This document shows, piece after piece, positions 19,688 through 28,191 of a DNA stretch of 28,191 nucleotides (position 1 is its first letter; each line of letters starts with the position of its first letter). Below the pieces are notes generated by a model. That model searched no databases. It was not told the DNA's origin and saw nothing but the letters and a program-made list of their open reading frames with translations. Position numbers and translations under genes: made by a program. This stretch comes from Paramicrosporidium saccamoebae KSL3 (taxonomy: Eukaryota > Fungi > Cryptomycota), in contig MTSL01000161.1 in assembly GCA_002794465.1 (NCBI GenBank), forward strand, positions 1-28,191, given 5' to 3'.

Positions 19688-21934
19688 TTATGCTGTGCTC
19701 GTTAGTGCAGTAATCTCTTGCTTGAATGCCTCGTATTTGGCCTCGGCCACCTTGTTCAACAAGTCGTATTTTTTATCAGCCTTTTCAAGTAACTTGGCGC
19801 TCTCCACAGCACGCAGCTGTGCTTCTTCTAGTTCTGCCGCGAGCTTGATGCGTTCAGTTTGCGATGCTTGCAATGAAGATTCAAGACTGGCAAACTTTTC
19901 GTCAAATGTAGCAATCTTTTCCTCGAGCTCCTTGGATAGGGAGGTCATTGAAGAAAAGGCCGACTCTAGACGCTGATTTTCAGCTTCAAATTCCTTCACC
20001 TTGGCGTTTTCAATGGCCTGGGACTCGGTAAGCGATGCTTCAAGCACGGCAATCTTGTCCTCAAAATCTTTGGATAACAAGGTCATTGAGGAGATTGCCG
20101 ACTCTAGACGCTGATTCTCTGCTTCGACTTCCTTCAATTTGGAGCTGTCAGCGGTCTGGGACTTGGCAAGCGATTCCTCAAGCACGGCAACCTTGTCTTC
20201 AAGCTCCTTGGATAGCGAGGTCATTGAGGAGATTGTCGACTCTAGGCGCTGATTCTCTGCCTCGACTTCCTTTACTTTGGAGCTTTCAGTGGCCTGGGAC
20301 TCTGCAAGCGATGCTTCAAGCACGGCAATCTTATCTTCACACTCCTTGGATAGCAAGGTCATTGAGGAAATTGTCGACTCTAGGCGCTGATTCTCTGCCT
20401 CAACTTCCTTTACTTTAGAGCTTTCAGTGATCTGCGACTTGGCAAGCGATTCCTCAAGCGCGGCAATCTTTTCCTGAAGCTCCAACGAGGACGAAGCCTG
20501 GGCTTTCATAGTGGTAATAACTGCTTGGAGACGGTGATTCTCACCCTCGACCTCGGTCACTTTCTTTTCTGCAATTTCTAACTTTGCGCTAATGGCTTGT
20601 AATTCTTCGGTGCGATCTTCAAGTACTTGGATTTGGCCTTTTAGCTCTCCGATCTGGGCTGCCTGCTCACTGTTTGACGACTCGAGCTTTGCAGCCAACA
20701 CATCCTTCTCAGAAAGAACCTTTTGCGTTTCTTCAATAGAGGCGTCAAGCTTTTGTTGCAAATCGGCAATTATGGTATCCGTCTTGGTGTTATTTTGGCT
20801 GGTCACTAATTCATTCTCCAAATAGCGAATATTCTCCTTCAATTCGGTCTGAGATAGTTTTGATTGTTCCAGTTGGGCCATGAGATTGTTGGCTTGTTCA
20901 TTGATTGCAATACAATTGTGCTTCAGCTCTGCCAAAGAATCCTTCTCGGCAGCCAAGTGGGCCTTGACCTGCCCCAACTCTGAACGGGTCTTGGACTCTT
21001 GCGTCGAACTTGCGTTCAAAGCCGTCTCCAAGGAGGTAATTTTTGCTTCTTGGGCTTTGATAGTCTCGCTATGCGCGGTAAATTCCGACGACACTGACAG
21101 CAGTTCATCAACCTTACTCATCAAACCAGCTTTGGAGTTTTTCAGACTTGAAATCTCAGACTCCATTTCAACCCAGCGGATCTGGAACGAGCGACTGCGA
21201 TCCTTCAACTCCCTCTCCGCCTCCATGGCACGCTTCTCTTCTCTTTGCACCAAAGACTTGAGCTCGGCCGACTCGGATGTTGAAGCTTCTAGTTGTCTTG
21301 TCAAGTTGGCAACACGGGTCCTAAGGGTGACAGCAATCTCTTCCTCCTTAGTGGGAACGCGAGTCCAACCTTCATCTTCCTTTCCATCAGAAGCGACTTC
21401 GATGGCGGCAGTGGTGGGTGACTGGACGTCTGAAGCAGTGACAGGGGACTGGCCGCTCGAAACAACAGCCGCAAAGGTGGGAGGCTCGACGCTTGAAGCA
21501 GTGGCGGAGGACTGAACGTTTGCAACAACGGCAGCAAAGGAGGGAGCCTGGATTTTGGAGGCAATAGGGTTCTTTTCAGACTTTAGTGGCTTTTTGGTGG
21601 CCTGAGCCTTTTTCTCTTGCATCCTGACCAACTGCGAAAGCTTTTCATCCTCGTTTAACGACTCGGTGGAGCTTTCCTCGGATTCTTCCTTGGCCACATC
21701 CTTCTTAACAGCCTCTCGTTTCACCTTTTTCTGCGCCTTTTTCTTGTTCTTGCCAGCTTCGTCAGCAGTAAGCTCTTCGAGAAGACGGTTTGGGTCCTCG
21801 CGCATAACTAGCTGGGAGACTGCATGCGGATAAACAATTACAACTACGGCAGCTGCGAGGGGCAGGACAAGTAGAATAATGCCGGTCAGTGTCTTTGGAA
21901 CCAAAGAGTGAAGTAGCTTGCTCAAGACACCCAT
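19688..21934 (-). CDS. N-terminally membrane-anchored long coiled-coil protein with a Lys-rich juxtamembrane patch (kinectin/p180-like architecture), about 748 aa
   Basis: The likely start is MGVLSKLL at 21934. TM segment GIILLVLPLAAAVVVIVY, basic KNKKKAQKKVKR, then an E/K/L/S-rich heptad region to the C-terminus. Confidence 0.85.
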   Translation of the reverse strand: MGVLSKLLHSLVPKTLTGIILLVLPLAAAVVVIVYPHAVSQLVMREDPNRLLEELTADEAGKNKKKAQKKVKREAVKKDVAKEESEESSTESLNEDEKLSQLVRMQEKKAQATKKPLKSEKNPIASKIQAPSFAAVVANVQSSATASSVEPPTFAAVVSSGQSPVTASDVQSPTTAAIEVASDGKEDEGWTRVPTKEEEIAVTLRTRVANLTRQLEASTSESAELKSLVQREEKRAMEAERELKDRSRSFQIRWVEMESEISSLKNSKAGLMSKVDELLSVSSEFTAHSETIKAQEAKITSLETALNASSTQESKTRSELGQVKAHLAAEKDSLAELKHNCIAINEQANNLMAQLEQSKLSQTELKENIRYLENELVTSQNNTKTDTIIADLQQKLDASIEETQKVLSEKDVLAAKLESSNSEQAAQIGELKGQIQVLEDRTEELQAISAKLEIAEKKVTEVEGENHRLQAVITTMKAQASSSLELQEKIAALEESLAKSQITESSKVKEVEAENQRLESTISSMTLLSKECEDKIAVLEASLAESQATESSKVKEVEAENQRLESTISSMTSLSKELEDKVAVLEESLAKSQTADSSKLKEVEAENQRLESAISSMTLLSKDFEDKIAVLEASLTESQAIENAKVKEFEAENQRLESAFSSMTSLSKELEEKIATFDEKFASLESSLQASQTERIKLAAELEEAQLRAVESAKLLEKADKKYDLLNKVAEAKYEAFKQEITALTSTA
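19915..20560 (-). repeat. 138-bp (46-aa) coding tandem repeat, 4 close copies plus one degenerate upstream copy
   Basis: tctag(a/g)cgctgatt starts at 19965, 20103, 20241 and 20379 (period 138). Unit: SSKVKEVEAENQRLESTISSMTLLSKECEDKIAVLEASLAESQATE. Confidence 0.92.
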
Positions 21935-22128
21935 CGTTGACCGGGGATATCGAAAGCCCCGTCTGTGTTTCATCTGCCATTGTGAGCACTTTCCTCTCAA
22001 TGTTCCTCCGTTATCTTGGCATCAGTAAATGCTTCTAAATCGTGTTAACAGGAAAATGTCCAACGAATTTCCTAATAAGGAAACATATATGTTCTTGCCA
22101 TTTATAGATTGCAGGACCGCCCCTATTC

Positions 22129-23337
22129 ATGCAGCGCGGCAAGTCACGAGGGGTGCGTCGGACCGTCCATAGACAACGCATGACACCCGCCAAGAATGTT
22201 GAAGAAAGGGTCCCATCATTCATCCGACGCCGCATCCTCCCAATCGTCTTTGGTGTCGCTTTAATTGTCGGAGTGATAATCTTGGCAACTCTCATATTGC
22301 TCAGGCGTCCAAAGAACGACAAGCAGCAACTTGTAAACCGCTTTTTCGCGTCATCTCCGGAATGCTTTCATGCGCCGCCTGTGCCGGGAGATAGGAGAAG
22401 GGACAAGAGCCAGTTGAAAATTGCCAACTTCAATGCCGAATGGCTGTTCCTTTATGGCGGGCGGGGCGGAATTCGTTGTCCGGCCGAGTCCTGCCCTTGG
22501 AGTACGACCTCGGAAGCCTTGAGACACTTGTCTGAAGTTGCAGATATGATTGCCAAGATTGATGCGGATATAGTTCATTTGTCCGAAGTTGAAGATTGTC
22601 GAGTGTTAGAGACTTTAATTCAACTCATTCCGGGCGACCATGGCTATCGACCTTATCTTGTTACTGGGAAGGACCACGCTACTGGACAAAACGTTGCCAT
22701 GTTGACCCGAGTAGACCCATATGGGAGTTTATTGCGCACTGAAAAACGTGGACAGTATCCTGTTCCAGAGTCCATCTGCGTTAGAAAGAACGATCTTGGC
22801 ACTATGGGTATAACCAAACATTACTTGGCCCCAATCAAGATTGAAAATGGACAAGGAAAAGAATATGACTTTATGTTCGTGGGTCTTCATTTACTTGCTC
22901 GACCATCAGACAAATCTCGGTGCAACCAACGTGAGGGCCAGGCCAGCGTTCTACGTGACCTAGTAAAATCAAAAACTCAGGGGGGCCAGTACGTAGTGAT
23001 GATGGGCGACTTTAATGACTATGATCCGCACGTACTTGGGACAGATGGAAGAAAACCCGTCTCGGCCGTACTGCCAATCCTCCATGGCAGTTCTGGATCT
23101 GGATTTTCAATGTACAACGCGGCTGGGCTGGTTCCCGTCAAAGACCGATACTCGTGCTGGTTTGATGTGAACCAGAACTGTCGTGTCGACGGAAATAAGG
23201 AGCGTGTTCTAATTGACCACATTTTGCTGGATTCCCGGTTGAATGTTAAAGAGGCAAAATTTCATCACGACTACAATCCCACCTGCAACGATCGAATTTC
23301 CGACCACTGGCCGTTTTCAGTGACAATCAAGCTTTAA
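22129..23337 (+). CDS. Endonuclease/exonuclease/phosphatase (EEP, DNase I-like) family hydrolase with a type II membrane anchor
   Basis: NFNAEWLF, DIVHLSEVE, GLHL, MGDFND, IDHIL and ISDHWP form a complete EEP catalytic set. TM segment ILPIVFGVALIVGVIILATLIL follows a basic N-terminus. Confidence 0.88.
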   Translation: MQRGKSRGVRRTVHRQRMTPAKNVEERVPSFIRRRILPIVFGVALIVGVIILATLILLRRPKNDKQQLVNRFFASSPECFHAPPVPGDRRRDKSQLKIANFNAEWLFLYGGRGGIRCPAESCPWSTTSEALRHLSEVADMIAKIDADIVHLSEVEDCRVLETLIQLIPGDHGYRPYLVTGKDHATGQNVAMLTRVDPYGSLLRTEKRGQYPVPESICVRKNDLGTMGITKHYLAPIKIENGQGKEYDFMFVGLHLLARPSDKSRCNQREGQASVLRDLVKSKTQGGQYVVMMGDFNDYDPHVLGTDGRKPVSAVLPILHGSSGSGFSMYNAAGLVPVKDRYSCWFDVNQNCRVDGNKERVLIDHILLDSRLNVKEAKFHHDYNPTCNDRISDHWPFSVTIKL

Positions 23338-23636
23338 ATGACGCTGTGTATTAAAATTAATGTATATGTGAGGTTAGAATTTATAGAGATTGCCAGTGTA
23401 TTGAATAATAAAGTCCCATCGTTCTGTAAGATGTGTATATATTACAGTGTAATATCCAGTTTATCTGGTTTATATATTCATAAAGCTTCTAGTCCCGACA
23501 GCATCTGGTTTATAGATTTGTAAAACTTTTAGTACAAACGGGTTTATAGAGGTGCTTGGGATTGATTGCAGGTCATATAGTATTGTATCGCATCCATCAA
23601 CAACTGTGTACCACGTTGGATTATAGAGAATTCGGT

Positions 23637-24863
23637 TTATTGCTGATGGCATTGCACACCCGGTCCACCGCGCTCCTCCTCTTCATCGTCATCATAGGCG
23701 TTCCGTTGCTGACGCCTATCTTGCTCGCGAGTGCGTCTCCGTGGATCCACCTTTTTCAATGTCACAGGGAGGGCATCTTCGGCTTCCACTTCCATGGCCA
23801 TGCGCGGTGGGAGAATGGACTCCAGCTTGGCAATAGTCTCGGCATCGGCCCAGTTGGCCGGGGGGAAGACGAGCTCAAATTGAACGTACAGATCACCCTT
23901 GTTAAAGGGTCGCTTGTATTCGGGCATTCCCTCGCCATCAATACAACGCACCTCTTCTGGCTTCATGACCTCACCTGGCTTGATGGTGCCTTCCAGAATA
24001 CGGTCGTCCAAATGTTTAATGGTAAACGAACCACCGGCCAGGGCCGTCAAAAGATCAATTTTAACTTTGCAATGAAGATCCTTTCCATTCCGTTTGAAAA
24101 ATGCATGCTCTTTCTCGTTCAGAATCACAACAACGTCGCCAGCTACAACACCAGGCGCCTGGTCAGCCTCACCGGCAAACTTGATGCGCTGTCCATCGGC
24201 CATCCCCTTTTCAATGAATACTTCGTGCACCTTTTTCTCTGAACTGACCTTTTTGCCATGGCAAGAGGTGCAGCGATCCTTTTCCTTGATGATTTCACCC
24301 TCACCATTACATTCGTTACATGCGCTCTGCATCTGTTGGATCATTGGACCCATCTGTCGGATAGTTACCCGGACACCAGTTCCCTGACACCCGGGGCAGC
24401 TCTTTACAGAATCAGCCTTTCCGCCCTTTCCACTGCACTTGACACACACAATTTGCCGCTGCACGGCAATCTTGGTCGTTTTTCCTTTGTACAGGTCCTC
24501 AAGAGTCACACCCAAACTAAAGTCCATGTCGGCACCACGACGTGGACCTCTTTGACGCTGGCCATGGGGGAATCCGCCGCCAAAAAATCCACCTCCAAAG
24601 AACTGGGAGAAGATGTCCTGTGGGGACATGCCGGGACCATCGCCATTCAGACCTTCCTCTCCGTACTGGTCATAAACTTCACGCTTGTTAGAATCGGAGA
24701 GGACTTCATAGGCATGACTAATCTCTTTGAACTGGTCGCCAGCGTCGGGATTCTTATCTGGGTGGTACTTGAGAGCCAGTTTTCGGTAGGAGCTCTTTAG
24801 TTCGCTCTCGGAAGCACTAGGCGACACACCCAGAAGGTCGTAAAGTTTCGTTGTTTTTACCAT
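23637..24863 (-). CDS. YDJ1: Type I Hsp40/J-protein Ydj1/DnaJA, 408 aa, intronless
   Basis: J-domain with HPD, G/F-rich linker, four CxxCxGxG-type zinc-finger repeats, peptide-binding domain and a C-terminal CaaX-like CHQQ. Confidence 0.96.
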   Translation of the reverse strand: MVKTTKLYDLLGVSPSASESELKSSYRKLALKYHPDKNPDAGDQFKEISHAYEVLSDSNKREVYDQYGEEGLNGDGPGMSPQDIFSQFFGGGFFGGGFPHGQRQRGPRRGADMDFSLGVTLEDLYKGKTTKIAVQRQIVCVKCSGKGGKADSVKSCPGCQGTGVRVTIRQMGPMIQQMQSACNECNGEGEIIKEKDRCTSCHGKKVSSEKKVHEVFIEKGMADGQRIKFAGEADQAPGVVAGDVVVILNEKEHAFFKRNGKDLHCKVKIDLLTALAGGSFTIKHLDDRILEGTIKPGEVMKPEEVRCIDGEGMPEYKRPFNKGDLYVQFELVFPPANWADAETIAKLESILPPRMAMEVEAEDALPVTLKKVDPRRRTREQDRRQQRNAYDDDEEEERGGPGVQCHQQ

Positions 24864-24948
24864 CTTTGCGATGCAAAGTCGATGGGACAGGCAGTGACTG
24901 CTTACGGGGTCTGACCGGGCCTGGTGGGCGCATAAATGGTGGCCCTAC

Positions 24949-24957
24949 GCTGATTGG
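24949..24957 (-). promoter_or_regulatory. CCAAT box (GGCCAATCAGC) upstream of YDJ1
   Basis: Matches the NF-Y/HAP consensus RRCCAATCAG, about 86 bp upstream of the ATG. The same 9-mer occurs at 309..317 (+) and 18434..18442 (-). Confidence 0.5.
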
Positions 24958-24973
24958 CCAGTGTCCGAAGAAT

Positions 24974-24988
24974 AGAAGTTTCCGGAAG
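24974..24988. promoter_or_regulatory. Perfect three-unit heat shock element upstream of YDJ1
   Basis: aGAAg tTTCc gGAAg (alternating nGAAn units), 110 bp upstream of an Hsp40 start codon. Confidence 0.7.
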
Positions 24989-25346
24989 TTATAGGTCTAC
25001 AATCATCCACACGAGCATGGAATAGAGGGATACCATTATACAGTTTTATATATAGTATAGCTATCTAGCGGAATGCAGCGTCATGCAGCGTTGCCATAGG
25101 ACTAACCACTGAACCGAAAGAAATTTGATTTTTTCATTTAGTGAAATGTCACCACATTGACGAGCACTGTAGCCTACGGCGCATGAAGCGCAGACTTGAG
25201 TGTAGATATAGTGGCGAGGTATCTTCTAGGCCCCATGGCGTTCGTACAGCTGCAGAAGCCGCACGGTTCGCCACAGAGGCCATCGAAAGTTGTCCCTACC
25301 ACCCTGGCCGCCCATTTAACTGCGAAATTTGGCGCCTCTCGGTGGG

Positions 25347-26661
<1,315 letters not shown>

Positions 26662-27126
26662 ACATCTCTGCTCTGTGTATTGAAAATTATTAATAGCCTG
26701 CATTGCAATTGGACTAATTGTAAAGTTGGCAGTAAGTAAAGACTCCATTATTAGTCTATTATATACAAGTTGAAATTCTGGGTTAGTAAAATCAGGATAC
26801 CAATATATATATGATGTAGAGGTACAACCAGAGTCTAAAATCTCCAATTGTCGAAATCCTTTGCTATAGAATTTCAAAGGCCGCTTCTTGCGCGGATTGG
26901 TGCATAGTTTCCTACGGTTATTCAGATTCTATTGGTTTGATCAGAACGAAACTTGTTTCAATCTCATTGGATCTCTGGCTCATTGGTGCGCGTCATCTAT
27001 TATCTTTCGTGATTGGATAGCAGCAGGACGTATGTCCCATTCGATTGGTGCTGCCCATTCGGCACCTATTTGAAACCCGTTTCGCCAATGCGATAAGTAT
27101 CCCCACTGCACACACACAGACTCATA

Positions 27127-27876
27127 ATGCCCAAGATTGATGCACACTATATGCGAAGGGTGGCGGCCGAATTCCTGGTCACCTATCTCTTCATCTTTAC
27201 CATCTGCTGCAACGGCTTGAACGATGCCCGCAGCGGTGGTGTGGGCGGAGACGTGAGAAGCGGTGTGTCTACTGGCTTTGCCGCGGTGGCCCTGATCTAC
27301 TGCTTTGGGGGATTGAGCGGTGCTCATTTCAATCCAGCTGTTACGGTTGGCGCAATGGTTGGCCAAAAGATGGATTTCCTCACTGGGTCTATATACATTG
27401 GAGTACAGACGCTGGCAGGGATGGCAGCGGTCGCTTCATTGATTGCCTTGTTCCCCGAGGCGAAGGGTGCCACGCTCAAGGCGCTTCAACTGAGTGTTCC
27501 GGAGGGTGTAAGCACTTGGCAAGTCGTTGCTATGGAGTTTGTGCTGTCATTCATGCTGGTCATGGTCATCTACGGATCTGCCATGGGCCTCAAGACGGTT
27601 ATCACTGACACTGATATTGAGTCTCAGGATGAAAAGGCCGAGTTGATCTCCATCAACAAGATGCGCCTTAACTTTGCTCCGATTGCCATTGGTCTTGCAC
27701 TCGGATACCTCTGTTTTTTGGGAGGCTCTATCTCTGGTGGAGCCTTCAATCCTTCCAGAGCAACAGCCCCCGTTATTCTGGAGGGCAAGTTTACTGGACT
27801 CTGGATGTACTGGATTGGAGATTGTGCCGGAGGAGCCGCCGCGGCCCTCGTGTACAACTATGTGCTGACAAACTGA
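27127..27876 (+). CDS. Aquaporin (MIP family), NPA/NPS motifs, long acidic loop D
   Basis: AEFLVTYLFIF, SGAHFNPAVT, MEFVLSFMLV, APIAIGLALG, GGAFNPSRA; six TM segments. Confidence 0.95.
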   Translation: MPKIDAHYMRRVAAEFLVTYLFIFTICCNGLNDARSGGVGGDVRSGVSTGFAAVALIYCFGGLSGAHFNPAVTVGAMVGQKMDFLTGSIYIGVQTLAGMAAVASLIALFPEAKGATLKALQLSVPEGVSTWQVVAMEFVLSFMLVMVIYGSAMGLKTVITDTDIESQDEKAELISINKMRLNFAPIAIGLALGYLCFLGGSISGGAFNPSRATAPVILEGKFTGLWMYWIGDCAGGAAAALVYNYVLTN

Positions 27877-27918
27877 GTGTAGATAAACCTGTAAATAAAT
27901 TTCAGTCCCAAATTCAAA

Positions 27919-27965
27919 GTGAGGTGAGGTGGGTCGGAGGCGTAGGCGTAGGTATGGTAGGTGGC
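27919..27965 (+). repeat. G-rich low-complexity tract (GAGGT x2, CGTAGG x2, further GG runs)
   Basis: gtgaggtgaggtgggtcggaggcgtaggcgtaggtatggtaggtggc, just downstream of the aquaporin stop and an AATAAA at about 27894. Confidence 0.6.
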
Positions 27966-28191
27966 AAAAGTAGTTTCAAAGTCGAGACGCTAGTGACCAT
28001 AAAGGTTTTGGATTTAGAATGAACAGAGGCAATTCTTAATCAAGACACTGATTGGACATTGAGGGCAATGCATAATTCATTAGTATTAACGCATGATTGT
28101 ACGGATTCGTGGAAAGACCGGTGTGGCCAGGATAGAGTTGTCTGAGACGACGTCTTTGCAACAACTTTACGAGGCTACGAGTAGGGAATCA

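Noticed and set aside
21935-22000. N-terminal extension (MRGKCSQW...) of the coiled-coil ORF given in the track
   Set aside because: It begins at a non-ATG codon. The ATG at 21934 directly precedes the TM anchor and is the more plausible start. The same applies to the track starts at 5616, 5777, 18413 (-) and 25396.
23556-24800. Long plus-strand ORFs (228 aa and 180 aa) antisense to YDJ1
   Set aside because: They lie opposite a highly conserved gene, start at non-ATG or arbitrary codons and have no recognisable features; typical antisense shadows.
27078-27086. Minimal uORF (ATG CGA TAA) or an upstream exon for the aquaporin
   Set aside because: No splice model gives an in-frame upstream ATG, and without a TSS I cannot show this ATG is transcribed.

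Overview
Gene-dense eukaryotic DNA of fungal affinity, with about 14 protein-coding genes in 28 kb and no prokaryotic, mobile-element or CRISPR features. In order: 5' end of a PH-domain gene (-), an orphan putatively secreted protein (+), a Nem1/CTDNEP1-type phosphatase (+), exosome subunit Rrp40 (-), a base-exchange phosphatidylserine synthase (-), a single-chain fused fungal type I fatty acid synthase of 3,890 aa by my splice model (+), Asf1 (-), TMEM208/Snd2 (+), a small type I membrane protein (+), a membrane-anchored coiled-coil protein with 46-aa repeats (-), a membrane-anchored EEP-family hydrolase (+), Ydj1/DnaJA (-), RBBP4/Msi1 (+) and an aquaporin (+). I reconstructed 15 well-supported introns by hand. 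All are 28-38 nt and read GTA...TAG. The ASF1 and TMEM208 start codons are only 17 bp apart, head-to-head. The compaction, tiny introns and microsporidia-like aquaporin, together with a retained FAS, suggest an early-diverging Rozellomycota/microsporidia-related organism (Paramicrosporidium-like). That assignment is an inference, not a database result. I found no clearly new multi-gene system. The most unusual items are the splicing and promoter architecture, the NEM1-PSS-FAS lipid neighbourhood and several unexplained repeats.
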